NCBI GenBank assembly: GCA_043757405.1
Contig: JAYVPI010000001.1
Coordinates: 211,437 to 275,436, forward strand
From: Alphaproteobacteria bacterium
Lineage (GTDB): Bacteria > Pseudomonadota > Alphaproteobacteria > Rickettsiales > 21-14-0-20-44-7
Direction of reading: 5' to 3'
Length of the DNA stretch: 64,000 nucleotides
Below, piece after piece: positions 1-10,523 of this stretch. The notes under the pieces are model-generated. The model did not search any database. It worked only from the letters and a program-made list of their open reading frames with translations, and was not told where the DNA came from. Each line of letters begins with the position of its first letter. Positions within the stretch are counted from its first letter, which is position 1. The translations under genes were made by a program, and so were the position numbers.

Positions 1-567
1 GAGCGCTCATATGATATTTACTCGCGCCTCTTAAAAGAGCGCATCATCTTCGTCACCGGCGAAGTGGAAGATCATATGGCGACATTAATCGTTGCCCAGC
101 TCTTGTTTTTGGAATCTGAAAGCCCAGATAAGGATATATTCATGTATATCAACTCCCCTGGCGGCGTTGTTACTTCAGGTCTCGGAATTTATGATACAAT
201 GCAATATATTAAACCAAAAGTCGCCACTCTTTGCATGGGCCAAGCCGCCTCAATGGGATCGCTCCTGCTTACAGCGGGCGAGCCTGGCATGAGATATGCA
301 TTACCAAATGCAAGGATAATGATTCACCAACCAAGTGGCGGTTTCCGCGGTCAGGCAACTGATATCGAAATCCACGCCAAGGAGATTCTCGATTTGCGCC
401 ATAGACTTAACGAGCTTTATGTAAAACACACCGGTCAAAAACTGGCAGTTGTCGAAAAAGCGATGGAACGCGATAATTTCATGCCAGCCAGCAGGGCTAA
501 GGATTTCGGTCTGATAGATGAGGTTCTGTTGCAACGCCCAGGCGCAAAAGAAGGCACAAAAAAGTAG
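1..567 (+). CDS. clpP: ATP-dependent Clp protease proteolytic subunit ClpP (5' end outside window)
   Basis: Frame 1 is open from base 1 ([17 protein letters not shown]...). Catalytic Ser/His contexts GQAASMG and MIHQPSGG are present, and clpX follows. Confidence 0.95.
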   Translation, partial: ERSYDIYSRLLKERIIFVTGEVEDHMATLIVAQLLFLESESPDKDIFMYINSPGGVVTSGLGIYDTMQYIKPKVATLCMGQAASMGSLLLTAGEPGMRYALPNARIMIHQPSGGFRGQATDIEIHAKEILDLRHRLNELYVKHTGQKLAVVEKAMERDNFMPASRAKDFGLIDEVLLQRPGAKEGTKK

Positions 568-620
568 TATACGATTAATTAATGGTTTCATGTGTAGGAT
601 AATTATAGTCAGTATTATAT

Positions 621-1901
621 ATGTCAAAAAACGATAAAGAACTTGAAAACACCCTCTACTGCTCATTCTGCGGCAAAAGCCAGCATGAGGTAAAAAAACT
701 TATCGCCGGTCCAACCGTTTTCATCTGTGATGAATGCGTTGAGCTTTGTGTTGAAATTATCCGCGAGGAAACCAAGGCTAATACAATCAAGCCAGTCGAA
801 GGCGTTCCGAAACCAAAAGAAATCATGGATGTGCTTGATGATTATGTCATCGGCCAGACCCGCGCTAAACGTATTCTTTCCGTAGCGGTGCACAACCATT
901 ATAAGCGCCTCGCTTTGATGGAAAAAGGCTCCGATATCGAAATCGCGAAATCAAATATCTTGCTCGTCGGCCCATCCGGCTGCGGTAAAACCTTGCTCGC
1001 GCAAACCCTCGCCCGCTTTCTCGATGTTCCGTTCACCGTTGCTGACGCCACCACATTGACCGAAGCCGGTTATGTCGGCGAAGACGTTGAAAATATCATC
1101 CTCCGCCTCCTCCAGGCCGCTGACTACAACGTCGAGCGCGCGCAAAAAGGTATCGTGTACTTGGATGAAGTAGATAAAATTTCCCGCAAAGGCGATAATC
1201 CATCAATCACCCGCGACGTTTCCGGCGAAGGCGTCCAACAAGCGCTCCTTAAACTCATGGAAGGTACAGTCGCATCTGTCCCGCCACAAGGCGGCCGTAA
1301 ACATCCACAGCAAGAATTCTTACAAGTTGACACTTCAAACATCCTCTTCATCTGCGGCGGTGCATTCTCCGGTATCGAAAAAATCATTTCCGCCCGCGGC
1401 AAAGGCACGGCAATCGGCTTCGGTGCCGACGTAAAAGGCGAAGAAACCCGCCGTGCTGGTGAAATCTTGACTAATTTGGAAACAGAAGATCTCTTGAAAT
1501 TCGGCTTAATCCCTGAATTCGTTGGCCGTCTTCCGGTTATCGCCACGCTGAATGATTTGGATGAAGACACTCTCATCCGCATCCTCACCGAACCGAAAAA
1601 CTCATTGATCAAGCAATACAAAAAAATGTTTGAATATGAAAATGTCGAGCTGAATTTTACTGATGATGCGATGAAGGCGATTGCCAAAAAAGCTATTGTC
1701 CGCAAAACCGGTGCACGCGGCCTGCGTTCAATCCTCGAAACCACGCTTGTGGATTTGATGTATGACGTACCAGGCATGGATGATTTGATCGAAGTCGTTA
1801 TCGACGGCGATGTGGTTGACGGCAAAAAAGCGCCACTCTTAATCAAAGGCGCAGAGCCAAAAGCTAAAGAGAAAAAGAAAACCATTCAGAAAAAAGCTTA
1901 A
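621..1901 (+). CDS. clpX: ATP-dependent Clp protease ATP-binding subunit ClpX
   Basis: N-terminal zinc finger CSFCGK...CDEC and Walker A GPSGCGKT are present. Length is 426 aa and the gene sits in clpP-clpX synteny. Confidence 0.97.
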   Translation: MSKNDKELENTLYCSFCGKSQHEVKKLIAGPTVFICDECVELCVEIIREETKANTIKPVEGVPKPKEIMDVLDDYVIGQTRAKRILSVAVHNHYKRLALMEKGSDIEIAKSNILLVGPSGCGKTLLAQTLARFLDVPFTVADATTLTEAGYVGEDVENIILRLLQAADYNVERAQKGIVYLDEVDKISRKGDNPSITRDVSGEGVQQALLKLMEGTVASVPPQGGRKHPQQEFLQVDTSNILFICGGAFSGIEKIISARGKGTAIGFGADVKGEETRRAGEILTNLETEDLLKFGLIPEFVGRLPVIATLNDLDEDTLIRILTEPKNSLIKQYKKMFEYENVELNFTDDAMKAIAKKAIVRKTGARGLRSILETTLVDLMYDVPGMDDLIEVVIDGDVVDGKKAPLLIKGAEPKAKEKKKTIQKKA

Positions 1902-1997
1902 CAGTCTTCGGACGTCAGACTTCAGTATATGAAGTACGTATAAGCAACATATTTCGTGAATTTTTCTGGCGTCTAGTGCCTGATGTCTGAAGTCTTC
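1902..1997. repeat. Imperfect hairpin element (GTCTTCGGAC/TCAGAC family), ORF-less copy; possible clpX terminator
   Basis: TCAGACTTCAG (left) and CTGATGTCTGA (right) are inverted repeats. AGTCTTC is a direct repeat at both ends. The same words recur at 28546-28594 and 47264-47655. Confidence 0.5.
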
Positions 1998-2044
1998 AAG
2001 AAAAACTAGCCATTAACCTTACCATTTGTTAAAAACTGTAATAA

Positions 2045-4264
2045 ATGCAGTTAAGACAATTATTATTCACCACGACAGCAATGGCTCTGGCGCTTTATGC
2101 AACTGCGGCGGCAGTTTCCTTACCCAAATTTGAAGAAAAAAAATTACACATCCCGGAGATGAATAAAAAAGAAGAAGTCTTCATCGAAGCCGACCGTATG
2201 GATTATGACGCTGAAAAGAAACTCGTCACCGCGAGCGGCCATGTCGAAATCCTCAAAGGCGAAAACGTACTTTTCGCTGATAATGTCACTTACAGCAAAA
2301 GCACCGATATCGTAACCGCAGATGGCAATGTCAGTGCTGTGGGCGCGGAAGGCAACGCCCTGTTCACCGATCACATACAATTAAAAGGTGATTTCAACGA
2401 AGGCGTAATCAAATATTTCCGCGCCCGCCTGGTAGATAACTCACTCCTCGCCGCTGCCAGCGCGAAACGCATTGATGCCAATAAAATCGTGCTCCATAAA
2501 GCAGTTTATTCCCCTTGCCCAATATGCTCCACGAAAAACGAAGACGGCACCAGCAAAGCCCCGCAATGGCAAATCAAGGCCAACACCGTGACGCTTGATC
2601 GCGCCGAACAGCAGGTTAAATACCGCGACGCAAAATTTGAGCTTTATGGAATACCGGTTATGTACACCCCGTATTTCGCTCACGGCACACCTGGCGCGGA
2701 TAGGGAATCTGGCTTCTTAATGCCAACATTCCGAACTGACCGCAATTTGGGCGCCACTATCACCACTCCATATTATTGGGCCGTTTCCCCAAGCATGGAT
2801 TTGACCGCCGAACCGGTTTTCGTCGCCAATGAAGGCGTTGTTTATGGCGGCCAGTTCCGCCACCTCACCCCTTATGGCGGCTATGAACTTTACGGCAGTA
2901 TAACCAATCCCGGCAAAGTCTCAGATATAGACACCGCCAATAACGATGTTAATAAATGGCGCGGGCATTTGAAGGGTGATGGCAATTTCAGCCTGTCAAC
3001 ACATTGGGATGCCGGATTTGATGGCGAAATTTCCAGCGACGATACATATCTAAAACGCTATAATTACGCCCGTCAAGATTTGCCTTCCAGCCGCGCCTAT
3101 AGCCAGGATTTGTTAACCAGCAAAGTCTATGCTGAGCGTATTGAGAATCGGGATTATAGTTCAGTGCAGGCACTGCATTTCCAAGGATTGTTGCAACAGG
3201 ATGACGACCGCAGAATCCCTCTTGCGCTCCCATATGTCCAAAATCATATCGAAAGCGGCAAAGGAATTATACCAAGCTTCACAAACTCTACAATTTGGGG
3301 TGATGTTTCCGGATTCGGCATTAATCGTGATATTGGAGAAGAAAACCAGCGCGTTTCCGCCACAACCGGCGTCACTATCCCATTAATCGCACCAGGCGGG
3401 CAGCTATTCCAGCTCGACGGCTCACTTCGCGGCGATAAATATTATTTGCAAGACACCGCCTATGGCAGAGAGGCCCACCGTGTTATCCCGGAATTAGCCG
3501 CAACCTGGCGCTATCCTCTTTTCAGCCAAATTACCCATGATGGGCATTTATTACTTGAGCCGATCGTCAAATTGGTCCTGACGCCAAACCGCGATTACAA
3601 CAAAAACATCCCCAACGAAGACAGCCAGGATATCGAGTTTTCGGATTTAAACATGTTTGAAGATAACCGTTTCCGCGGCCTTGATCGCGTGGAAAGCGGC
3701 GCCCGCCTATATTACGGCCTGCGCGGCGGATTTTATGAGAATGACTACAACGTCAGCTATTTATTAGGCCAAGATTATCGCCTCGGGCAATCTCCGACAC
3801 AAATACCTTTGAATTCCGGCATTGAGGACGATCTTTCTGATTTCGTCGGCAGGGTCAGCGCCAGTTTTGATGGCAAGCTCGATGTCTCTTACAAATTCCG
3901 TTTCGACAAAGATAACTTCCGCAGCCGCCGCAATGAGTTGGATACAACGTTGAATATAAAGCCAGTCAAGCTATCTTTGAGCTATTTCAACCTCGATTAT
4001 GACTTCACCGATCCCACCAATAACCGCGAAGAAATCAACGGTTCGGCGCAAGTTGAAGTCAGCAACCAGTGGAGCGTCCTCTTCGGCGGCGAGCGCAACC
4101 TGGCTGCGGATAAAAATATCCAAGGCAGGGTGGGCTTGCTATATGAGGGAGATTGCACTAACATTTTGACCACGGCGCGGAAAGACTTCCTTTCCGACCG
4201 TGACGCCCATTCAGGCGTTTCTGTCACCTTCCAGTTGGGCTTGAAAAATCTCGGCAATTTATAA
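2045..4264 (+). CDS. lptD: LPS-assembly outer membrane protein LptD (OstA family)
   Basis: The 739-aa product has a signal peptide (MQLRQLLFTTTAMALALYATAAA) and beta-barrel-like composition. The gene sits in conserved lptD-surA-rsmA order. Confidence 0.85.
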   Translation: MQLRQLLFTTTAMALALYATAAAVSLPKFEEKKLHIPEMNKKEEVFIEADRMDYDAEKKLVTASGHVEILKGENVLFADNVTYSKSTDIVTADGNVSAVGAEGNALFTDHIQLKGDFNEGVIKYFRARLVDNSLLAAASAKRIDANKIVLHKAVYSPCPICSTKNEDGTSKAPQWQIKANTVTLDRAEQQVKYRDAKFELYGIPVMYTPYFAHGTPGADRESGFLMPTFRTDRNLGATITTPYYWAVSPSMDLTAEPVFVANEGVVYGGQFRHLTPYGGYELYGSITNPGKVSDIDTANNDVNKWRGHLKGDGNFSLSTHWDAGFDGEISSDDTYLKRYNYARQDLPSSRAYSQDLLTSKVYAERIENRDYSSVQALHFQGLLQQDDDRRIPLALPYVQNHIESGKGIIPSFTNSTIWGDVSGFGINRDIGEENQRVSATTGVTIPLIAPGGQLFQLDGSLRGDKYYLQDTAYGREAHRVIPELAATWRYPLFSQITHDGHLLLEPIVKLVLTPNRDYNKNIPNEDSQDIEFSDLNMFEDNRFRGLDRVESGARLYYGLRGGFYENDYNVSYLLGQDYRLGQSPTQIPLNSGIEDDLSDFVGRVSASFDGKLDVSYKFRFDKDNFRSRRNELDTTLNIKPVKLSLSYFNLDYDFTDPTNNREEINGSAQVEVSNQWSVLFGGERNLAADKNIQGRVGLLYEGDCTNILTTARKDFLSDRDAHSGVSVTFQLGLKNLGNL

Positions 4265-4273
4265 ACATAAAAT

Positions 4274-5518
4274 ATGCTATCTAAAAAAACACTTTTACTC
4301 GCCGCTATAATCTCATGCCTATCACTGGGTGTATGGGCGGCTAGTACGGAAATCATTGCCACAGTCGGCGATGATGCGATTACTACCCAAGACCTGATCG
4401 CCCGCACCCGTTTGATTATAGTTTCGTCAGGATTAAAAGCGGATGAGGATACCGCCAAAAAAATCGCGCCGCAGATCTTGCAGGGATTGATCAGCGAGCG
4501 TTTGGAGGTACTGGAGGCGCAAAAATTGGAAATTCCGATAAGTAAAGAGGAAATCGCCAAAGCTATTGCCAGTATCGAACAACAAAACAAAATGGGTGCC
4601 GGTCAGCTCAAAGTCATTCTCACTAAAGCGCATATCCCAATTTCTACGCTGGAACAACAAGTAAAAGGCCAGATCGCCTGGGCAAAAATCAGGGGTAAAA
4701 AAATCCAACCAAAGATATTTGTCACCGATGAAGAAGTGGACGATTATCTGAAAGCACAAAGCCTGCAACCGGTGCAAGTGGAATTGAATGTTAATGAAAT
4801 TATACTGCCGGTTGAAACGCCTAAGGAAGATGCAAAAGTAAAAACTCTTGCCAATAAACTTACCGGTGAATTGCAGAAAGGCGGTGATTTCAAAAAGATT
4901 GCCCGCCAATTTTCACAAGCCGCATCTGCAGCAAACGGCGGCGCGGTAGGTTGGCTGGCGGAAAGCCAGATCCCGAAGGAATTGCTGGAAGAAATCAAGG
5001 CAAAAGGCCCTAACAAAATTATCGGCCCGATAAAATCAGTGGAAGGCTATTTCATATTGCGAGTTGATGGCGCTCGTGATGCGGATAAGGCTTCCGACAC
5101 GCAAATTATAACGCTACGCCATTTTGAAACCCCATTAAATGAGAAAACCCTGAAAACTTCGGTTGATAAAATCAACGCCGTCGAAGATCCGATCCGCGGC
5201 TGTAAGGATTCCCAAGCCTATGCTGATTCATTAGGCGTGGATTTACAGGATTACGGTTCGCTCCAGGTCAAGGAACTCCAGCCCGCCATCCGCAAAATGA
5301 TAACCGGATTGCCAGTTGCCCGCTATAGCCATCCGCTGAATACCGGCACCTCACTAGTGACATTTCTCATCTGCTCTAAAGTTGATACTTCCAAATTGCC
5401 GGATGAAGTCCAACGCAACAACGCCCGCGAAACCCTGTTCAAGCGTAAAGTCGAGTTGGAATCGCGCACTTACCTGCGCGGTTTACGCCGTAACACTAAT
5501 ATCGAAGTCAAGATTTAG
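4274..5518 (+). CDS. surA: Periplasmic chaperone / parvulin-type peptidyl-prolyl isomerase SurA-like
   Basis: A signal peptide and a parvulin-like segment (GGAVGWLAESQIP) are present. The gene lies between lptD and rsmA. Confidence 0.75.
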   Translation: MLSKKTLLLAAIISCLSLGVWAASTEIIATVGDDAITTQDLIARTRLIIVSSGLKADEDTAKKIAPQILQGLISERLEVLEAQKLEIPISKEEIAKAIASIEQQNKMGAGQLKVILTKAHIPISTLEQQVKGQIAWAKIRGKKIQPKIFVTDEEVDDYLKAQSLQPVQVELNVNEIILPVETPKEDAKVKTLANKLTGELQKGGDFKKIARQFSQAASAANGGAVGWLAESQIPKELLEEIKAKGPNKIIGPIKSVEGYFILRVDGARDADKASDTQIITLRHFETPLNEKTLKTSVDKINAVEDPIRGCKDSQAYADSLGVDLQDYGSLQVKELQPAIRKMITGLPVARYSHPLNTGTSLVTFLICSKVDTSKLPDEVQRNNARETLFKRKVELESRTYLRGLRRNTNIEVKI

Positions 5519-6324
5519 TGATACCCAGCCCGGCGCAAATTGCTGATAATTATGGCCTCCGCGCCATCAAAAACCTCGGTCAGCATTTCCTCTTTGACTT
5601 AAACATCACCCGCAAGATCTGCGCCCATGCCGGCAACTTGGAGGGCATGAACATAATCGAAATCGGCCCCGGCCCTGGCGGCTTGACGCAGGCGATTCTG
5701 GAGCAGAATATCAATAAACTCGTCGTCATAGAATTCGACGAACGCGCAATTGCTGGGTTGGAAGAGCTGCAAAAACATTATTCGGGCAAGCTCGAAATTA
5801 TTAACGGCGATGCCTTGGACCTGGATTTGCGTGAGATCGCGCCCAGCCCAAGAATGATCATGTCCAACCTTCCCTATAATATCTCCACCAAACTCCTAAC
5901 TAATTGGCTGGATTATGCCGATGAGTTTGAGTCCATGGTGCTGATGTTCCAAAAAGAAGTAGCCGAGCGTCTATACGCCGAGCCGCGCACCAAGGATTAT
6001 GGCCGCCTCTCTGTCATAACGCAGTGGCTGTCCAACGTCGAAAACCTCTTTGACCTCCCGCCAAGCGTTTTTACCCCGCCACCAAAAGTCACCTCCAGCG
6101 TGGTAAAAATCACCCCATATAAAACTCTGCCCTATCCCGCTAATAAAAAGAAAATGGAAAATATCCTCCGCTCCGCCTTCGGCCAACGCCGGAAAATGCT
6201 GCGTTCATCACTGAAATCCATAGTTAAGCCGGAGCAATTGGAGGCAATCGGCATAAAGCCAACCGCCCGCGCCGAAGAATTATCAGTTGAAGATTTCACC
6301 AAAATCGCCAATCTACTGGCATGA
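5518..6324 (+). CDS. rsmA: 16S rRNA (adenine1518/1519-N6)-dimethyltransferase RsmA/KsgA
   Basis: Motifs GQHFLFD and the SAM-binding EIGPGPGGLT are present. The GTG start overlaps the surA stop. Confidence 0.9.
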   Translation: MIPSPAQIADNYGLRAIKNLGQHFLFDLNITRKICAHAGNLEGMNIIEIGPGPGGLTQAILEQNINKLVVIEFDERAIAGLEELQKHYSGKLEIINGDALDLDLREIAPSPRMIMSNLPYNISTKLLTNWLDYADEFESMVLMFQKEVAERLYAEPRTKDYGRLSVITQWLSNVENLFDLPPSVFTPPPKVTSSVVKITPYKTLPYPANKKKMENILRSAFGQRRKMLRSSLKSIVKPEQLEAIGIKPTARAEELSVEDFTKIANLLA

Positions 6325-7316
6325 ATAAACTTACCATATCCCTTGACGCAATCTCTGCCAATTATCGGGATTTAAAAAATAAATTCACCGGCAATGAATG
6401 CGGCGCAGTAGTGAAAGCCAATGGCTATGGTTTGGGCGCATCTCCAATTGCGGCGCGGTTGGCGAAGGAAGGTTGCCAAAAGTTTTTTGTGGCGGCTATT
6501 GAAGAAGGAATTGAACTGCGTAAAACTATTAAAGAACAGATTTTTGTTTTTCATGGGGCGCAGAAAAATGAAGTTTTGGATTTTCAGGCTCATAACCTGA
6601 TCCCCATATTGAATAGCCCGGAACAACTGGCAGCCTGGCCGAAAGATAAGCCATGCGTTTTGCATTATGATAGCGGCATGACTCGCCTGGGTCTCACGGA
6701 GCCGGTTTTGGATCATAATCCGGTGATGATAATGAGCCACCTCGCCTGTGCGGATCATCCTGATGATCATAAAAACGCTGAGCAATTGGAGAATTTCAAA
6801 AAATTGGCCGCCGCGCATCCTAAAACTCCAAAAAGCCTGTGCAATACATATGGAATTTCGCTTTCATCCGAATATCATTTCGACATCGCCCGCCCTGGAA
6901 TCGGGCTTTATGGCGGGTTTGGCATGAAAAATGTGGTCATGCTCACCGCTCCAATTATCCAAATTCATGAAGTCAAAAAAACCAGCACTGTCGGCTATGG
7001 CGCGGAATATGAGGCAGTTCCTGGAGATATCATTGCCACTATTCCGGTTGGCTATGCTGATGGAATCATGCGCTCGCTCAACCATAAGGGCAAAACATAT
7101 TGCGGCGAATATGAGCTGCCGGTGGTGGGGCGGATTTCAATGGATTTAATTACCATAAAAATAAACAATCTGCCCCCGGAATTGCGCCGGATCGGACAGA
7201 TGGTTGAAATCTTGGGCGAAAAATATAATATCTGCGATATGGCGCGTGATGCGGGAACGATTGAATATGAAATCATCACGCGGCTCGGTAACAGGTTTGA
7301 AAGGATTTATAAATAA
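6321..7316 (+). CDS. alr: Alanine racemase
   Basis: The PLP-lysine motif VVKANGYGLG and the C-terminal EYEIITRLG context are present. At 331 aa it is somewhat short. Confidence 0.85.
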   Translation: MNKLTISLDAISANYRDLKNKFTGNECGAVVKANGYGLGASPIAARLAKEGCQKFFVAAIEEGIELRKTIKEQIFVFHGAQKNEVLDFQAHNLIPILNSPEQLAAWPKDKPCVLHYDSGMTRLGLTEPVLDHNPVMIMSHLACADHPDDHKNAEQLENFKKLAAAHPKTPKSLCNTYGISLSSEYHFDIARPGIGLYGGFGMKNVVMLTAPIIQIHEVKKTSTVGYGAEYEAVPGDIIATIPVGYADGIMRSLNHKGKTYCGEYELPVVGRISMDLITIKINNLPPELRRIGQMVEILGEKYNICDMARDAGTIEYEIITRLGNRFERIYK

Positions 7317-8107
7317 TGGCAATGGCATTGGATAATAATCCGCTCGGCAGTATCGGCAGGATTTTTAACTCCTTCCTTTCCGCTATTGGCCGGTTTTCAT
7401 TTTTCACCGGCACTGCCGTAATAAACATTTTCCGTCCCAAATTTTACTTCCGCAACCTTTTTGCACAAATGAGGGAAATCGGGTTTTATTCCCTCCCCGT
7501 GGTCGGCCTCACCGCCGTTTTCACCGGTGCGGTGCTGGCGCTGCAATCATATACCGGCTTTTCACGCTTCAATGCCGAAAGCTCCATTCCGCTGGTCGTT
7601 GTTCTGTCCATCACCCGTGAACTTGGCCCCGTTCTCGCCGGACTGATGGTGGCGGGCCGCGTTGGCGCAGCAATGGCCGCTGAAATTGGAACCATGCGCG
7701 TTACCGAGCAAATTGATGCGCTGACAACGCTTTCCACAAACCCGGTGCGATATTTGATCGTCCCGCGCGTTGTAGCGGCGCTATTGATGATGCCATGCCT
7801 GGTGCTGATCGCGGATATAATCGGTGTTTACGGCGGTTATCTTGTCAGTATCCATAAACTTGGTTTTAATCCCGGTTCATATATGAAAAATACCGTGGAT
7901 ATTCTGCAATTCCGTGATGTTTCATGCGGACTGGTCAAAGCGGCGGTGTTTGGATTCATCATTTCTATCATGGGCTGCTACCACGGCTTCAACTCCAAAG
8001 GCGGCGCACAAGGCGTCGGCGCTGCAACTACAAATGCGGTAGTGGCATCGTCGATCATGATCCTGCTTTCCAATTATCTCGTAACCGAATTATTTTTCTC
8101 CCGATGA
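7316..8107 (+). CDS. mlaE: Phospholipid ABC transporter permease MlaE
   Basis: Multi-TM protein with the ITRELGPVL motif, followed by an ATPase through an ATGA overlap. Confidence 0.85.
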   Translation: MAMALDNNPLGSIGRIFNSFLSAIGRFSFFTGTAVINIFRPKFYFRNLFAQMREIGFYSLPVVGLTAVFTGAVLALQSYTGFSRFNAESSIPLVVVLSITRELGPVLAGLMVAGRVGAAMAAEIGTMRVTEQIDALTTLSTNPVRYLIVPRVVAALLMMPCLVLIADIIGVYGGYLVSIHKLGFNPGSYMKNTVDILQFRDVSCGLVKAAVFGFIISIMGCYHGFNSKGGAQGVGAATTNAVVASSIMILLSNYLVTELFFSR

Positions 8108-8871
8108 CCGCAAAAATCAAAGTTCAGAATTTGCATAAAAAATTCGGCGATAAAGTCGTGTTGGACGGTCTTGATGTTGAGGTTGCCAAAGGCGAATCGC
8201 TGGTGGTTATCGGCGGTTCAGGTACAGGAAAATCAGTGCTTATCAAATCTATCCTCGGAATAGTCCATCCCGATTCCGGCTCAATCCTGATCGATGGCAA
8301 AGAAAGTACCAAATTCAAGCGTCATCAGCGCGATGAATTCATGAAAAAATTCGGCATGCTGTTCCAGGGCGGCGCGTTGTTTGATTCATTGCCGGTATGG
8401 CAGAATATCGCATTCCGCCTCGTCAATAATGAAAAAATGTCACCAGGTGATGCGCGTGATTTGGCGATTATAAAATTGCAGCAAGTGGGCTTGAATGCCG
8501 ATGTTGCCAATCTTTCCCCATCGGAACTTTCCGGCGGTATGCAAAAACGCGTGGCGCTGGCGAGGGCAATTGCGGCGGAGCCGGAGATCATATTTTTTGA
8601 TGAGCCCACTACGGGTTTGGATCCGATAATGGCGGATGTTATCAATGATTTGATCGTCAAATGCTCCCAGGAATTGGGCGCGACTACAATCACTATTACC
8701 CACGATATGCACTCGGCCAAGAAGATCGGCAATAAACTGGCGATGATTTATAAGGGCAAAATCATCTGGCAAGGTGACGCCAAAACCATTGATAATAGCG
8801 GCAACGAATATGTCGATCAATTCGTCCACGGCAAGGCCGACGGGCCGATCAAAATGGAGCTGCGGCGGTGA
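8104..8871 (+). CDS. mlaF: Phospholipid ABC transporter ATP-binding protein MlaF
   Basis: Walker A GGSGTGKS, signature LSGGMQKR and Walker B IIFFDEPTTGLD are present. The start is set at ATG 8104 (MTAKIKVQNL); the upstream part of ORF 7924.. lies inside mlaE. Confidence 0.85.
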   Translation: MTAKIKVQNLHKKFGDKVVLDGLDVEVAKGESLVVIGGSGTGKSVLIKSILGIVHPDSGSILIDGKESTKFKRHQRDEFMKKFGMLFQGGALFDSLPVWQNIAFRLVNNEKMSPGDARDLAIIKLQQVGLNADVANLSPSELSGGMQKRVALARAIAAEPEIIFFDEPTTGLDPIMADVINDLIVKCSQELGATTITITHDMHSAKKIGNKLAMIYKGKIIWQGDAKTIDNSGNEYVDQFVHGKADGPIKMELRR

Positions 8872-9698
8872 CGTTCGCGAAGCTTATAAAAAAGGCACTG
8901 GTTGCGATTATTATCGCATACACAACATTAGTAGCGACAGTATTTTTTATGCAAGAGCAGATGATCTATCACCCTACCCCGCCAATTGGCCTGCCTGCTG
9001 ATTACGGCCTCAAGAATTTTGAACAGGTAAATATAACTACCAGCGATAATTATAAATTAGTCGCCTGGTTCCATAAACCAGCAACCGCCAGAAAAGCTTT
9101 GATTTATTTCTATGGCAATGCAGATTCACTACAAAGCTACCCGCAATTCCTAAAAAAGTTTGCCGATCATGGCTATATGGTTTTAGCCATTAATTATCGC
9201 GGCTATGGTGGCTCTGAAGGCAAACCTTCAGAAAAAGGTTTGTATAATGACGGCCGCGCTGCAATCAACTTTGTCTCGGAATATATTAAGTCAGAAAACA
9301 TAATTGTTGTAGGCAGGTCTATGGGAACTGGCGTAACCGTACAAATGGCTACAGAATTTAATTTGAATGCAATCGTTCTGATCTCACCATATACTTCAAT
9401 TACAGATATTGCCGAGCGGCTATATCCATATTTGCCGATACGCCTAATTTCCACAAACCGCTTTGATTCGTTGAAGAAAATCAGCAACATTGCCGAGCCG
9501 GTGCTATTTATTCATGGCGACTTGGATAACTTCATTCCCCTATCAAACGCTCAAACTTTGTTTGATGCCACTAAATCTCGCAAGGCTTTAAATATTTACA
9601 AGGGGGGAAATCACGTTCAGTTGGACAAAAGCCGCATAGCCGATGATATATTCAAATTCGTGGATGGCCAAATGAAAGATAGCAATGCCGATAAATGA
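8868..9698 (+). CDS. Alpha/beta hydrolase (serine hydrolase, unknown substrate)
   Basis: N-terminal TM segment and nucleophile elbow GRSMGTG are present. The GTG start overlaps the mlaF stop. Confidence 0.7.
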   Translation: MTFAKLIKKALVAIIIAYTTLVATVFFMQEQMIYHPTPPIGLPADYGLKNFEQVNITTSDNYKLVAWFHKPATARKALIYFYGNADSLQSYPQFLKKFADHGYMVLAINYRGYGGSEGKPSEKGLYNDGRAAINFVSEYIKSENIIVVGRSMGTGVTVQMATEFNLNAIVLISPYTSITDIAERLYPYLPIRLISTNRFDSLKKISNIAEPVLFIHGDLDNFIPLSNAQTLFDATKSRKALNIYKGGNHVQLDKSRIADDIFKFVDGQMKDSNADK

Positions 9699-10452
9699 AT
9701 TTATAACCGCGCAGATGTTCGGCGTCTTCCTGGTGTTTTGCCGGGTGGGTAGTTGCTTTATGCTGATTCCAGGTTTTGGTGATGCATATGTTTCGCCGCG
9801 GGTGCGGTTGGTTTTTGGCCTGGTCTTGAGTTTGGCTTTGGCAAATGCAGTATCTAATATCCCAAAAATGCCGGTGACGTCATTTGGCACGCTCATTTTG
9901 ATTTTTCATGAAGTGATAATCGGGCTTTTGATTGGGGCGATCATTAAAATCATGACTGCGGCGGTGCATATTGCCGGCACGATTATCGCAGCGCAGTCTT
10001 CATTGGGCCAGGCCAGCCTTTTTGATCCCAGCCAGCAAAGCCAGGGCGCGGTGTTTGGTACATTTATGAATATGCTGGCGCTGGCGATGATATTCGCATT
10101 GGATTTTCACCATTTAATTATCAGTGGGATCGTATCTAGCTATGACGTATTCCCCCCCGTTTCGCCTCTGGCATGGGGAGATTTCTCGGAATTAGCAGTA
10201 AAGACTACAGCGCGGAGCTTTGATATTGGCGTTAGGATTTCGGCGCCGCTGATAGTGGTTGGAATTTTGATCAACCTCACATCCGGCATTTTGGCGCGGT
10301 TGATGCCGGCGTTTCAAGTGTTTTTTGTTATTTTACCCTTACAGATATTGGTCTCGCTATTCATTTTCATGACAACTCTTTCTGGGATTATGTTGGTGTA
10401 TATCCATTACTTGAATGACTCACTCGCCAATATTTTTCCACTAGGTGAGTAA
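9685..10452 (+). CDS. fliR: Flagellar biosynthetic (export apparatus) protein FliR
   Basis: Polytopic 255-aa protein with a FliR-like N-terminus (FLVFCRVGSCFMLIPGFG). Confidence 0.85.
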   Translation: MPINEFITAQMFGVFLVFCRVGSCFMLIPGFGDAYVSPRVRLVFGLVLSLALANAVSNIPKMPVTSFGTLILIFHEVIIGLLIGAIIKIMTAAVHIAGTIIAAQSSLGQASLFDPSQQSQGAVFGTFMNMLALAMIFALDFHHLIISGIVSSYDVFPPVSPLAWGDFSELAVKTTARSFDIGVRISAPLIVVGILINLTSGILARLMPAFQVFFVILPLQILVSLFIFMTTLSGIMLVYIHYLNDSLANIFPLGE

Positions 10453-10523
10453 AATGCTAATAAAAGTTATCGGTTAGTTAATATTTATTAGTTATCTTAG
10501 GTTATCATTCTAGGAGGGAAAGA

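Noticed and set aside
1124-1885. 253-aa ORF antisense to clpX
   Set aside because: It is a shadow ORF inside an unambiguous clpX. The same reasoning applies to 27799-28503 (in mutL), 52435-53046 (in lnt), 3997-4590 (lptD/surA) and 19442-20008 (pyrG).
3197-3213. CAGGATGACGACCGCAG inside lptD, resembling an element terminus
   Set aside because: Only the 9-nt word is present. There is no partner terminus or hairpin module, and the encoded QQDDDRR fits the surrounding protein. It is treated as chance.
7924-8103. 60-codon upstream extension of the mlaF ORF
   Set aside because: It overlaps the mlaE coding sequence in another frame and has an Arg-rich nonsense composition. ATG 8104 gives the canonical ABC ATPase N-terminus and an ATGA junction with mlaE.
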